A stretch of 64,000 bases of DNA. Source: Alphaproteobacteria bacterium (GTDB taxonomy: Bacteria; Pseudomonadota; Alphaproteobacteria; UBA9219). The stretch is taken from positions 1,338 to 65,337 of the forward strand of contig JAMFSS010000010.1 in assembly GCA_026225415.1 (NCBI GenBank), in the 5' to 3' direction. The notes beneath the pieces are model-generated. The model was not told the origin of the DNA and did not search any database. It worked only from the letters and a program-made list of their open reading frames with translations. This document shows, one piece after another, positions 1 through 12,029 of the stretch; position 1 is the stretch's first letter, and each line of letters begins with the position of its first letter. The position numbers and the translations under genes were made by a program.

Positions 1-115
1 GCACCCAATCCCGGTGATAAGGATGCCCCGCGATAATCTCCGCGCGCGGTAAAGGCTTTATAGAAGAGGCTTATTTCCCCTTTGCCCCCGCGTTAACATT
101 TGGTAGCTTGGCGGC

Positions 116-793
116 ATGACAACAAACGCGCCCTTGCCCCCGCTGACGCTGCTGGAAGAATTCCTGCTTCTGTCACTGGATGACCAGTCGGGACAGCTGC
201 ACAAGCTGCCGCCCAGCGTTGTGGATTGCGCCAGCGCCGGCGCGTTGTTGATGGATCTGACATTGCGCAACCGCATCGATAACGATTTGCGCGATATTTT
301 CGTGACCGACGGCTCGCCGGTGGGCGATGATCTGCTCGACCCTATCCTGAGCCTGATGGCGATGGCGCCGGTTTTAACGCCGCATCCGATAGGTTATTGG
401 TTGCGCCATATATCCGACGAAGCCGAAGCTTTCCGCGAACGCGCCCTGCGCCGTCTGGAAACACGCGGCATCATCAAACGCGAAAACCGCAAAATTTTAT
501 GGGTGTTCGGAACGCGCCGTTACCCGACCGTGAATGATCAGGAAATTCGCGAAGTCAAACGCCGCATCCTCGGCGTCGTATTGGGCAATGATATCCCTGC
601 CCCGCATGATGTGATGCTGACCTGTTTGGCCGAGGCATGCGATCTGTTCCGCTTTATCCTTTCGCACGATGAAATTGAAAAAGCCAAAACGCGTATCGCC
701 GAAGTCTCGCGCCTCGACCTTATCGGGCAGGCTGTCGCCAAGGGTGTTACCGAAATCGATCAGGCCATCGCGATGGCTTCGGGCTTTCGGTAA
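116..793 (+). CDS. GPP34 (GOLPH3/Vps74-like) family protein
   Basis: N-terminal LTLLEEFLLLSLDD, GALLMDL and C-terminal WVFGTRRYP patterns typical of the GPP34 family. Confidence 0.8.
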   Translation: MTTNAPLPPLTLLEEFLLLSLDDQSGQLHKLPPSVVDCASAGALLMDLTLRNRIDNDLRDIFVTDGSPVGDDLLDPILSLMAMAPVLTPHPIGYWLRHISDEAEAFRERALRRLETRGIIKRENRKILWVFGTRRYPTVNDQEIREVKRRILGVVLGNDIPAPHDVMLTCLAEACDLFRFILSHDEIEKAKTRIAEVSRLDLIGQAVAKGVTEIDQAIAMASGFR

Positions 794-801
794 CGCACAT
801 C

Positions 802-2544
802 ATGAAAAAAACGCTCTCCACCCTTTTGATTATTCTGTTGTGTGCGCCTTCTGCAATGGCGCAAGAAATGCCCGCGCCGCGCCGCATGCCACGCACACCC
901 GTTAGTCGCGAACCATTGATGTCGCCCCATGATGTCGCCCCCGTATCGCATCAGGTGCAAGGCCAGGCGACGATTATGGACGGCGAAAAATTACGCATCG
1001 GCGAAAGCGATTTGCGTTTATTCGGTATTGTGCCGCCGCAACTGGGTGCCAGTTTCGGCCCCCAGGCGCGCAATGCTTTGGATATGCTGACCAGCAATCA
1101 AAACACCAGCTGTGACATTCGCGATCGCGACCGCGAAGGGCGCATGTTAGCCACCTGCCGCAATAATGCGGGCAATGATCTGGCGCTTGAGCTTCTGAAG
1201 CGCGGTTTGGCCGTGACCGCACGCGGGTCGTTGGCCAACACCGAATTTGAACAGCCGTATGTTACGGCGGAACGCGCCGCGCAAAATGCCCGCACCGGTT
1301 TATGGTCGGTTGCACCGCCAACACCTGCGCCCGCTTCGGCTTACACGGCACCGCCTGCCCCCACACCTGTTGTTGTCGCAGCACCCGCTGTTGCCGCAGC
1401 ACCTGTGATCGCGGCGGTGCCGGTGGCACCCGCAGCCGTTGCAACGATTGTGTCGACGCCGCCGGCTGTGGCCGCGACGGTTGCCGTCAAGCAACCAGCT
1501 GAAATCAAACAGGCTGACAAAACCACCGCCTTTGAAACGCCCAAGCAAGAACAGGCGCACAAGGATGAAGCATGGAACCCATCGTCAAGCGTCGGGTTTT
1601 TTGAACGCTATCAAATCCTGATCGCCTGCGGTTTGATGTTGGCCACAACGCTCAGCATCATCACCGCCTTGTGGGCGCAAAAACGCCGCGACCGGATGGA
1701 TGAAATGAAATCCGTTGCGGCAGCCTTGCGCGGCGAATTGATGGCGGCGCGCAGCGTGTGTATCGGCCGCGCCAAAAGCATCATCACGGATGATGACGAC
1801 CATAACGCGTTTTGGCCTCGCATCCGTTCGACTTTGTATCAGGCATCGGTCACGCGGTTGGGGATTCTGGGTGCAGATCTGGCGCGGCATATCGCGTCGA
1901 TCTATGGGCAATCAAGCGATTACGCCGCGCTGTACAGCCCCACCACCGGCACACAGGACGCGCCGAAAAAACATGCGTTAGAGACATTGGCCAAACATAT
2001 CGATACCATCTTGCCCATCCTTGCGCATATTGAACGAACCGGCAGTTTGCCGCGCAAAACTACCGTTGCTGTGCCAGCACCCTTCGCGCCCACCTATCGC
2101 GATGCGCCGCGCGTGCCTACCGTTACGCCCGCGCCGCTTCCTGTGCCTGCATCGGAACCAGTGACGGCGGAAACGGCGGCGCCGCAAACAACAATCGCCG
2201 AAGCGCAGAAGCCCCGGCCAAAAAAACCCTCAGCGTTCCCGTTCAGAACACTTCCTGCCGACATCATTCAGGAAATCACATCGCCGCCAGCCTCTTTGAC
2301 GAGTGACAGCCCGCCGATCAACACCATCCGATCGGCACCGATTGCCCGCGCATCGGCCAGCCTGTGGGATAATTTGCGCAATCTGTTTCAAACGGGTCAT
2401 GCGGCGGCGCCCATCGACACCACACCGATGCCGGTGGATGAGTACAGCGAATATGCGGCGATGATCGAAGCCGACATGGCGCATTACCAATATGGCGAAA
2501 CAATCGAAAGTTTCGATATCAACCCGCATAAAAAGCGAGGGTAA
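802..2544 (+). CDS. Signal peptide + degenerate thermonuclease (SNase-like) domain + Pro/Ala linker + TM helix + cytoplasmic domain
   Basis: MKKTLSTLLIILLCAPSAMA signal; IMDGEKL..LRLFGI..RDREGRMLATC..LLKRGLA..AR.GLWS SNase pattern; hydrophobic ILIACGLMLATTLSIITALWA followed by QKRR. Confidence 0.7.
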   Translation: MKKTLSTLLIILLCAPSAMAQEMPAPRRMPRTPVSREPLMSPHDVAPVSHQVQGQATIMDGEKLRIGESDLRLFGIVPPQLGASFGPQARNALDMLTSNQNTSCDIRDRDREGRMLATCRNNAGNDLALELLKRGLAVTARGSLANTEFEQPYVTAERAAQNARTGLWSVAPPTPAPASAYTAPPAPTPVVVAAPAVAAAPVIAAVPVAPAAVATIVSTPPAVAATVAVKQPAEIKQADKTTAFETPKQEQAHKDEAWNPSSSVGFFERYQILIACGLMLATTLSIITALWAQKRRDRMDEMKSVAAALRGELMAARSVCIGRAKSIITDDDDHNAFWPRIRSTLYQASVTRLGILGADLARHIASIYGQSSDYAALYSPTTGTQDAPKKHALETLAKHIDTILPILAHIERTGSLPRKTTVAVPAPFAPTYRDAPRVPTVTPAPLPVPASEPVTAETAAPQTTIAEAQKPRPKKPSAFPFRTLPADIIQEITSPPASLTSDSPPINTIRSAPIARASASLWDNLRNLFQTGHAAAPIDTTPMPVDEYSEYAAMIEADMAHYQYGETIESFDINPHKKRG

Positions 2545-2558
2545 GGGCAGAAAGAGAG

Positions 2559-2613
2559 GAGAGAGAAAGAACGAGAGAAAAACCAGAGGGATTTCTCTCG
2601 TTCTTTCTCTCTC
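2559..2613. repeat. Perfect 22-bp purine/pyrimidine inverted repeat; likely bidirectional terminator-like hairpin between convergent genes
   Basis: GAGAGAGAAAGAACGAGAGAAA (2559-2580) and TTTCTCTCGTTCTTTCTCTCTC (2592-2613), 11-nt loop. Confidence 0.85.
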
Positions 2614-2635
2614 TGTCTCTATCTATCTCGAAAAC

Positions 2636-4164
<1,529 letters not shown>

Positions 4165-4165
<1 letters not shown>

Positions 4166-4758
4166 TAAGCAGCTCCCTTTAAAGTACGTTCAAGTTGGTC
4201 GAGCTTGGTTTTCACCGAAGCATCGATAAATTGTGATCCCATTTTGACGGTCAAACCGCCGATAAGCGTGGCGTCTTCGACAATCGTCAGATTGACCTTG
4301 CCGCCGGTGACTTGTTGCAGCGACGATGCCAGCGCGTCTTTTTGCGCAGACGTCAAAGTATGCGCGGTGCGCACATCGGCTTGCGACTCGCCGCGGCGCG
4401 TGGCGACCAGCGCCAGAAAACCTTCGACAATGGCGGGCAGTAAAAACAAACGGCGGTTTTGCGCCACGACTGACAGAAAATTACCCGTCAGCGTACTGAT
4501 GCCTGTTTGTTTAACAACTTCTGCGGCGGCTTTTTGCAATTGGCTGTTATCCAAGCGGGGATCGGTTCCCACAAAACGCCATTCGGCGCTTTCGTCCCAC
4601 AAACGGCGCAGGCCACGGATATCCAACACAACAGCATCCACGCTCTTGGCCTGTTCCGCCAGATCATACAAAGCGCCGACATAGCGGCGGGCAAGAATCG
4701 CCTGTTCGCCCGCAAGCGGGATAGAAACAGGGGGAATGTGGTTATTTGCAGCAGTCAC
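4165..4758 (-). CDS. atpH: F0F1 ATP synthase subunit delta
   Basis: ARRYVGALY and [22 protein letters not shown]; directly upstream of atpA. Confidence 0.95.
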
Positions 4759-4945
4759 GTGGGAAAAACCGTAAAATTTAAGATGTTCTAATTCCGCGCA
4801 TCAAATAGCAAAGCCTTCCCTTCTATGCAACTAGACTTTCTTAAGTATTTAATAGGATATCCCGCCTAAAGTAACAAACTCACTTGTCGGACAGGAATCA
4901 ACCGTCTATAGGCATGACAATACCCCTTACTTATAAGGATTACCG

Positions 4946-5620
4946 ATGATCGACCTGAAATTCCAAACCCTCGATGCCACTGCGACATCCAAGCTTTTGG
5001 CCGATGTTGCCGGCGATATTGCGCCCGTGAAATTGCCCGAAGGCAAAACCATTGTCCAAAGCGCCGATCTGGAATTTTATAATGATTACAAGCTTTATAC
5101 CCTTTCGGACACATCGCTGCCCGCGCCCAACACCCGTTATATGCTGTACAAGCCGGGTGATGTCAGCCTGATGAATTGGACCAATGAGCCGCTTTACGCC
5201 GTTAACGAACGCGCCCCGATCAAGGTCGACCGCAAGACCTGCATCCCCTATGCGCGCTTCTTCTTCCATTTCGTGCGTGGCCAGTTGGGTCGCTTTATCA
5301 TCGTTGAGAGACCGGATGAAGTTACATGGCTACCTAATGCAAATGACAAGGAAAAAGCCGAAGTCAACGCGCTGCTCACCCCCGTTACTTACAAGGGTAT
5401 TGGCCGCGATAATCTGATCACTTTGTCGGCCACGGTCGTGTTCAAGAACGCCTTGTTCAAGACCGATATCAAGATCGCCCCATTTGAAATGGATGTGTTC
5501 GACCCCGAAGTGGGCGCGCCCGAACATTTCACCATCGGCCAGATGAAATTGACCAACGAAGATTTGCTGTTGGAAGATTTGAACGTGCCGGTTGACCCGC
5601 CCCCCGGCGAATTCGGCTGA
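4946..5620 (+). CDS. Hypothetical protein
   Basis: 224-aa ORF with SD-like AAGGA upstream; tightly linked to the downstream methyltransferase. Confidence 0.75.
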   Translation: MIDLKFQTLDATATSKLLADVAGDIAPVKLPEGKTIVQSADLEFYNDYKLYTLSDTSLPAPNTRYMLYKPGDVSLMNWTNEPLYAVNERAPIKVDRKTCIPYARFFFHFVRGQLGRFIIVERPDEVTWLPNANDKEKAEVNALLTPVTYKGIGRDNLITLSATVVFKNALFKTDIKIAPFEMDVFDPEVGAPEHFTIGQMKLTNEDLLLEDLNVPVDPPPGEFG

Positions 5621-5624
5621 TCAA

Positions 5625-6905
5625 GTGACACCGGCCGCACGCGTTCAGGCCACGCTTGAGCTTCTCCAACAAATCCATGACACACCGCGCCCTGCGGATA
5701 CCCTGACGGGGACCTATTTCCGGGCCCGGCGTTTTATCGGCAGCAAAGACCGAGCCGCGCTTTCCACGCGGCTATACGCCGTGTTGCGGCATCAGGCGCG
5801 GCTGGATTGGTGGTTGGAAAAATATGGTGTCAATGTTTCCCCCCGCGCGCGCCTTCTGGCGTGGTTGTCGTTGGGTGAAAGCCTTTCGACCAAAGCGATT
5901 GATGAAATTTGCAGTGGCGGCAAATTTGCGCCAGCGCCTTTGGCAGATGATGAACGCGGTTTATTGAAAAAAACGGCGGGCAGCGGCATTGAACATCCCG
6001 AAATGCCGGAAGATATTGCGGCGGAATGTCCGCCGCATCTTTATGACATTCTAAAACAAAGATTTGGCAAAAATTTCAACCGCGAAATGGCCGCGATGTT
6101 GACGCAAGCGCCGATGGATTTACGCGTGAATATTTTGAAATCCACCCGCGAAGAAATTCTCAAAATTCTGGAGGAGACAGGCATCAAAGCCGTCGCATGC
6201 CCCCTTTCCCCCTGGGGCATAAGGGTTTTTGAACGGCCTTCGCTTGCCAACCTGTCCATATTGCAAGACGGTTTGGTCGATATTCAAGATGAGGGATCGC
6301 AGCTGGTCGCGCTCGCCACCGACGCCAAACCGGGCGAGCGCGTGGTTGATTTTTGCGCGGGCGCGGGCGGCAAGACTTTGGCGTTGGGCGCGATGATGGG
6401 CAACAAAGGCCGCATAACAGCATGCGATGTGATGGAACGTCGGTTGAAAGCCAGCACCGAACGTTTTCGCCGCGCGGGGCTGCATAATATCGAAACACAT
6501 CCTTTGACCAGCGAACGCGATCCATGGGTAAAGAAACACAAAGGCATGTTCGACCGCGTGTTGGTCGATGCGCCATGCAGCGGCACCGGCACATGGCGGC
6601 GCAACCCCGATACAAGATGGCGCAATCTGGGACCCGATCTGGAAACATTATTGAAATTACAAACCGACATTCTCGACAGCGCGGCGCGATTGGTGAAAGC
6701 GGGCGGCCGTTTGATTTATGCGACCTGTTCTTTGTTGCCACAGGAAAACGAAAAACAGATTGAACATTTTCTGTCATCACATCCTGACTTCGCGCTTATG
6801 CCTTGCGGATTAAAAGGCGCGGATTATTTATCGTTAACCCCTGCACAGCATGAGACGGATGGTTTTTTCACAGCGGTACTTGTGAAAGAGAAAAAGCCGG
6901 AATAG
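5625..6905 (+). CDS. RsmB/NOP family (Fmu/Sun) SAM-dependent RNA m5C methyltransferase
   Basis: IQDEGSQL, VVDFCAGAGGKT, VLVDAPCSGTG, YATCSLLPQENE; in-frame GTG at 5625 preferred as start. Confidence 0.93.
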   Translation: MTPAARVQATLELLQQIHDTPRPADTLTGTYFRARRFIGSKDRAALSTRLYAVLRHQARLDWWLEKYGVNVSPRARLLAWLSLGESLSTKAIDEICSGGKFAPAPLADDERGLLKKTAGSGIEHPEMPEDIAAECPPHLYDILKQRFGKNFNREMAAMLTQAPMDLRVNILKSTREEILKILEETGIKAVACPLSPWGIRVFERPSLANLSILQDGLVDIQDEGSQLVALATDAKPGERVVDFCAGAGGKTLALGAMMGNKGRITACDVMERRLKASTERFRRAGLHNIETHPLTSERDPWVKKHKGMFDRVLVDAPCSGTGTWRRNPDTRWRNLGPDLETLLKLQTDILDSAARLVKAGGRLIYATCSLLPQENEKQIEHFLSSHPDFALMPCGLKGADYLSLTPAQHETDGFFTAVLVKEKKPE

Positions 6906-7277
6906 CTATTCATCCTTGTGACTGATGGCATGATGTTTGGGACAAAGAGAACCTATTGCATAACATTCCAACAAGCCTCGCATTCTCTTCTCAACTTCAA
7001 TATATTTGAATGTATATTTTCCTCTTAAATTGACACCCTTTTTCATAAGAGGCTTATAGTTTCTCACAAAAGAAGATTTTCCGTGAAGATGGTTTTGAAG
7101 ACGCTTTTCTAGGCATTTTGATGTCCCCACATGAACAACTCGTTTTTCGTCATCTTCAATAACGTAAACACCTGCATTCTTAGAAGCCTGCAATTGACTT
7201 CCTTTGAGTGGAAATACACGCTCTTCCTGATTTGTGAGTTTACCAAATAACTTTGCAATATCTTTTTGTTCTTTCAT
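6906..7277 (-). CDS. GIY-YIG nuclease family protein
   Basis: AGVYVIED..VVHVGTSKCLEKRLQNH..LLECYAI; ATG 7277 has GGAGG upstream; visibly AT-rich relative to flanks. Confidence 0.7.
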   Translation of the reverse strand: MKEQKDIAKLFGKLTNQEERVFPLKGSQLQASKNAGVYVIEDDEKRVVHVGTSKCLEKRLQNHLHGKSSFVRNYKPLMKKGVNLRGKYTFKYIEVEKRMRGLLECYAIGSLCPKHHAISHKDE

Positions 7278-7294
7278 TGCCGCCTCCATATCAA

Positions 7295-8410
7295 TCACTT
7301 CAATAATGCTGCGGATTCTACAAACTCTTTCCCCAAAGCTGCCGCCACCGACGCATGAGTAATTTTGCCATTCGCAACATTCAACCCGTTGCGGAAATGG
7401 ACATCATCGGCCAAAGCCTTTTTCCATCCTTTATTCGCCAGCGCCAACGCATAAGGTAGCGTCGCGTTGTTCAATGCAAAAGTCGAAGTCCGCGCCACGG
7501 CACCCGGCATATTGGCGACGCAATAATGCACAATGCCATCGACCACAAAAACCGGATCGCTGTGCGTAGTTGGGTGGGCACCTTCCACACAACCGCCCTG
7601 GTCAATCGCCACATCGACAATCACCGCGCCTTTTTTCATGCGCGATATCATGGTGCGCGTCACCAATTTGGGCGCGGCGGCACCCGCGACCAACACAGCG
7701 CCGATAACCAGATCGGCATCCAGCACCGCAGTTTCAATCGCGCGCGCCGTGGCATAGATTGTTTTAACGCGCCCACCAAATTGGTCATCGAGCCCGGCCA
7801 AACGCGGCAAGGATTTATCGAGAATGGTGACATCCGCGCCCATGCCCACCGCAATCACGGCTGCGTTCGCGCCCACCACACCACCACCAATAATCGCCAC
7901 TTTACCATTGGCAACACCCGGCACGCCGCCCAGTAAAACGCCGCGTCCCCCATGAATTTTTTCCAAATAATGCGCACCCGCCTGCACTGCCATGCGGCCC
8001 GCGACTTCGGACATGGGGGTCAACAACGGCAAACGCCCCATGGCATCGGTCACGGTTTCATAGGCAATCGCGATGCAACCCGATTTTATCAAAGCTTCGG
8101 CCTGTTTGGGGTCAGGCGCCAGATGCAAATAGGTGAACAGGATTTGCCCATCGCGCAACATCGCACATTCCGGCAATTGCGGTTCTTTGACTTTCACAAT
8201 CATATCGGCGGTGGCGAAAACCGTTGCGGCATCGGGGACGATTTCGGCACCCGCCTTGATATAATCGACATCTTCTATACCCGCCCCTGTGCCGGCACCG
8301 CTTTGCACCGTGACTTTGTGTCCCGCCACAACCAGCTCGTGTGCCGAATCGGCCGTCAGGCCGACGCGGTATTCATGAGTCTTAATTTCCTTGGGCACGC
8401 CGATATGCAT
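7295..8410 (-). CDS. ald: Alanine dehydrogenase
   Basis: [43 protein letters not shown]. Confidence 0.97.
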   Translation of the reverse strand: MHIGVPKEIKTHEYRVGLTADSAHELVVAGHKVTVQSGAGTGAGIEDVDYIKAGAEIVPDAATVFATADMIVKVKEPQLPECAMLRDGQILFTYLHLAPDPKQAEALIKSGCIAIAYETVTDAMGRLPLLTPMSEVAGRMAVQAGAHYLEKIHGGRGVLLGGVPGVANGKVAIIGGGVVGANAAVIAVGMGADVTILDKSLPRLAGLDDQFGGRVKTIYATARAIETAVLDADLVIGAVLVAGAAAPKLVTRTMISRMKKGAVIVDVAIDQGGCVEGAHPTTHSDPVFVVDGIVHYCVANMPGAVARTSTFALNNATLPYALALANKGWKKALADDVHFRNGLNVANGKITHASVAAALGKEFVESAALLK

Positions 8411-8542
8411 AAAAACCCCATTTTTGGCTGATGGACAGAAATTTTAGGCCATTCCCCGCCCCTCGATATTAAGAATTGCTTATCGAATTTGTGTTCAAAT
8501 GAAATCTTAGGCGATTCATCCGGCCAGCGAAAGGTGATATCC

Positions 8543-8770
8543 ATGCAGCATCCCGACAAGCCCCTGTTCGCCCGCAAGACCCCATCGCTTAGCGAATTGG
8601 GCACCTATGGCATGGAAACCATCGCCTATATCAAACCCGTGACTGTTGACGGCCATCGTTACCATTCCATTCACGCGGCAGACGGCACGCCACTAACGGT
8701 TATCGCCGAACGCGAATTGGCGGTTGCCACAGTACGTCAGCATGATCTTGAACCGAACAGCGTTCACTAA
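8543..8770 (+). CDS. DUF1150 family protein
   Basis: IAYIKPV..SIHAADGTPL..RQHDLEPNSVH, the typical DUF1150 C-terminus. Confidence 0.8.
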   Translation: MQHPDKPLFARKTPSLSELGTYGMETIAYIKPVTVDGHRYHSIHAADGTPLTVIAERELAVATVRQHDLEPNSVH

Positions 8771-8879
8771 CTAGATTATCTTTGCCCCATAAACGCCCTA
8801 ATTGACTGGTGATATCGCCTGTCCGGTAATGTGGCCTTGTGATAGGCTTGCGAACCCTCCTCTGCGAATCATAGTCCCC

Positions 8880-11800
8880 ATGAATCCTTCGCGCCTTTTT
8901 ATCCAACGCCCCGTAGCGACATCGCTCTTAATGGCGGCAATTTTGTTGGCAGGTATCGTTGCGTATCGGTTATTGCCGCTGTCGGCTTTACCACAGGTCG
9001 ATTACCCCACCATCCAGGTGCAAACCTTTTACCCCGGCGCCAGCCCCGATGTGATGACATCGGCGGTAACGGCGCCCTTGGAACGGCAATTGGGGCAAAT
9101 GCCCGGATTGACGCAAATGTCGTCCACCAGTTCGGCCGGTGCGTCCGTGGTCACCTTACAATTCGATTTAAATTTGAATTTGGATGTGGCGGAACAGGAA
9201 GTTCAGGCCGCCATCAATGCCGCCGGAAATTTGTTGCCGTCTGACCTGCCCGCGCCGCCAATATACGCCAAAGTTAACCCCGCCGATGCGCCCGTATTAA
9301 CATTGGCCATTACATCAAAAACTTTGCCCCTGACGCAATTGGAAGATTTGACCGATACGCGGCTGGCACAGAAAATTTCGCAATTGCCCGGCGTGGGTTT
9401 GGTCAGCCTGTCGGGCGGCATGCGCCCTGCCGTTCGCGTGCTGGCCAATATGCAGGCCTTGGCTGGCTATAATCTGAATATCGATGATCTTCGATCCAGC
9501 ATCGCCAACGCCAACACCAACGCCCCCAAAGGCAGTTTTGACGGACCGCAACGCGCCACCACCATCAACGCCAATGATCAATTAAGCAGCGCGGCGCAAT
9601 ATGCGGATATCATCATCGCCTATCAAAATGGCGCGCCGGTTCGCCTGAAAGATGTCGCCGATGTTGAAGACAGCGCGGAAAATACCCAGCTGGGCGCTTG
9701 GTCTAATAAAACGCCGGCTATCATCATCAATATCCAACGCCAGCCAGGCGCGAATGTGATTGAAACCGTTGACCGGATTCAGAAATTACTGCCCGGTATT
9801 CAGGCCGCCCTGCCCGCCGCGATGGATGTGACGACATTAACCGACCGCACCACCACCATTCGCGCCTCGGTACAAGATGTGGAATTTGAATTGATGCTGT
9901 CGATCGCACTGGTTGTGTGCGTGATTTATGTTTTCCTGCGCAATGTTCCGGCCACGATTATCCCCAGCCTTTCGGTACCTTTGTCATTGGTCGGCACTTT
10001 TTCTGTCATGTATCTGGCGGGGTTCAGCCTTAACAATCTGTCACTAATGGCTTTGACAATCGCGACGGGCTTTGTCGTCGATGACGCGATTGTGATGATC
10101 GAGAATATCGCGCGTTATATCGAAAAAGGCATGAAGCCGATGGAAGCGGCATTGAAAGGCGCAGGCGAAATCGGTTTTACGATTGTGTCTTTGACCGTAT
10201 CCTTGATCGCCGTTCTTATTCCGTTGTTGTTTATGGGCGATGTGGTCGGGCGTTTGTTCCGCGAATTTGCCATTACGCTGGCTGTAACAATCTTATTGTC
10301 GGCGATCGTGTCGCTGACCTTGGTGCCGATGATGTGCGCCCGGATGCTAAGCGAACATCATCCCGAAAATGAGCCGAAAATTTTACAGAAAACGCAAAAA
10401 GCGTTTGATGATTTAGTCGCCGCCTATGGCCGCGGATTGAATTGGGTTTTCGATCGTCAAAAACTTGTTCTGCTGATTGCGCTTGCGACCTTTATCCTGA
10501 CCGGTTTTTTGTATGTCGTCGTGCCCAAGGGCTTTTTCCCCACGCAAGACACCGGCATTATCCAGGGCGTTTCGCAAGCGCCACAAAGCATATCCTATGC
10601 GGCAATGGCCGACAGGCAACGCGCTTTGGCCGATGCCATTTTACAAGACAAGGATGTCGATAGCCTGTCTTCGTTTATCGGTGTTGACGGCACCAATATG
10701 ACGTTGAACAGCGGGCGTTTTCTGATCAATCTGAAACCGATTTCCAAACGGTCGAATGATGTGAGCACCATTATCCGCCACATCAACAAACGCGCTGCCG
10801 CTGTGACAGGCATCCAATTATTCATGCAGCCGGTGCAGGATTTAACCATCGACAGCACATCCAGCCGCACCCAATATCAATTTATCGCGCAGGATGCCGA
10901 CATCGCGGAATTGTCGGAATGGGTTCCGAAAATTGTTGCCAAACTTGGCACCCTGCCCCAGCTGGAAGATGTCGCGGATAATCTGCAACAGGACGGATTG
11001 TCGGATTATGTCGAAATTGACCGCGATACGGCGGCGCGTTTGGGCATATCGCTGGCCAGCGTCGATAACGCTTTGTATGACGCGTTCGGGCAACGCATCA
11101 TTTCGACCATCTTTACGCAATCCAACCAATATCGCGTGATATTGAATACACCCGCTACGATGGCGTCGCTGCAATCCATCTATCTGCCTTCTGCCGTTAC
11201 AGGCGTGGCACAGGGACAGGTTCCGCTTTCCGCCATTGCGACCATCACCGAAAAACCCACAGCGTTACAGACCAATCATCTGGCGCAATTTCCTTCGGCA
11301 CAGATTTCGTTCAATTTGGCGGCGGGCGCGTCTTTGGGCGAATCCGTCGATGCTATTGAAAAAGCGGAAAAGGATATCGGCGTTCCCGCCAGCGTGATGA
11401 CAAGCTTTCAGGGTTCGGCGCTCGCGTTCCGCGCTTCTCTCGGCAATGAACTTTTGCTTATCCTTGCCGCGATTATCACGGTCTATATCGTGCTGGGCGT
11501 TTTGTATGAAAGCTATATCCACCCGATCACTATTTTATCGACGCTGCCTTCCGCCGGTATCGGCGCCTTGATCGCCTTGATGCTGGCGGGCAAGGAATTG
11601 GATATCATCGGCATTATCGGCATTGTGTTGTTGATCGGTATCGTCAAGAAAAACGCGATTATGATGATCGATTTCGCGATTGCCGCCGAACGCGACGAAG
11701 GCAAATCGCCACGCGACGCCATATACCAAGCCTGCCTGTTGCGCTTCCGCCCGATTTTGATGACGACAATGGCGGCCTTGTTGGGCGCATTACCCTTAAT

Positions 11801-12029
11801 GCTTGGCACCGGCATGGGATCTGAATTACGCCACCCGTTGGGGATCGCGATTGTCGGCGGTTTGATTGTGTCGCAAGTCCTGACCTTGTTCACCACGCCG
11901 GTTATCTATCTAGGTTTCGATCATTTGAAACAGAAATGGAGCCCGCGTTCCAAGAATGTCGGGCATGAGGCTGGGCCAGAATCTAACGCGCCTGAAAACG
12001 GGGCGGCGGAACCAAGGCCGACCGAATGA
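8880..12029 (+). CDS. mdtB: RND efflux permease, MdtB-like
   Basis: [57 protein letters not shown]; ATG 8880 preferred. Confidence 0.92.
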   Translation: MNPSRLFIQRPVATSLLMAAILLAGIVAYRLLPLSALPQVDYPTIQVQTFYPGASPDVMTSAVTAPLERQLGQMPGLTQMSSTSSAGASVVTLQFDLNLNLDVAEQEVQAAINAAGNLLPSDLPAPPIYAKVNPADAPVLTLAITSKTLPLTQLEDLTDTRLAQKISQLPGVGLVSLSGGMRPAVRVLANMQALAGYNLNIDDLRSSIANANTNAPKGSFDGPQRATTINANDQLSSAAQYADIIIAYQNGAPVRLKDVADVEDSAENTQLGAWSNKTPAIIINIQRQPGANVIETVDRIQKLLPGIQAALPAAMDVTTLTDRTTTIRASVQDVEFELMLSIALVVCVIYVFLRNVPATIIPSLSVPLSLVGTFSVMYLAGFSLNNLSLMALTIATGFVVDDAIVMIENIARYIEKGMKPMEAALKGAGEIGFTIVSLTVSLIAVLIPLLFMGDVVGRLFREFAITLAVTILLSAIVSLTLVPMMCARMLSEHHPENEPKILQKTQKAFDDLVAAYGRGLNWVFDRQKLVLLIALATFILTGFLYVVVPKGFFPTQDTGIIQGVSQAPQSISYAAMADRQRALADAILQDKDVDSLSSFIGVDGTNMTLNSGRFLINLKPISKRSNDVSTIIRHINKRAAAVTGIQLFMQPVQDLTIDSTSSRTQYQFIAQDADIAELSEWVPKIVAKLGTLPQLEDVADNLQQDGLSDYVEIDRDTAARLGISLASVDNALYDAFGQRIISTIFTQSNQYRVILNTPATMASLQSIYLPSAVTGVAQGQVPLSAIATITEKPTALQTNHLAQFPSAQISFNLAAGASLGESVDAIEKAEKDIGVPASVMTSFQGSALAFRASLGNELLLILAAIITVYIVLGVLYESYIHPITILSTLPSAGIGALIALMLAGKELDIIGIIGIVLLIGIVKKNAIMMIDFAIAAERDEGKSPRDAIYQACLLRFRPILMTTMAALLGALPLMLGTGMGSELRHPLGIAIVGGLIVSQVLTLFTTPVIYLGFDHLKQKWSPRSKNVGHEAGPESNAPENGAAEPRPTE

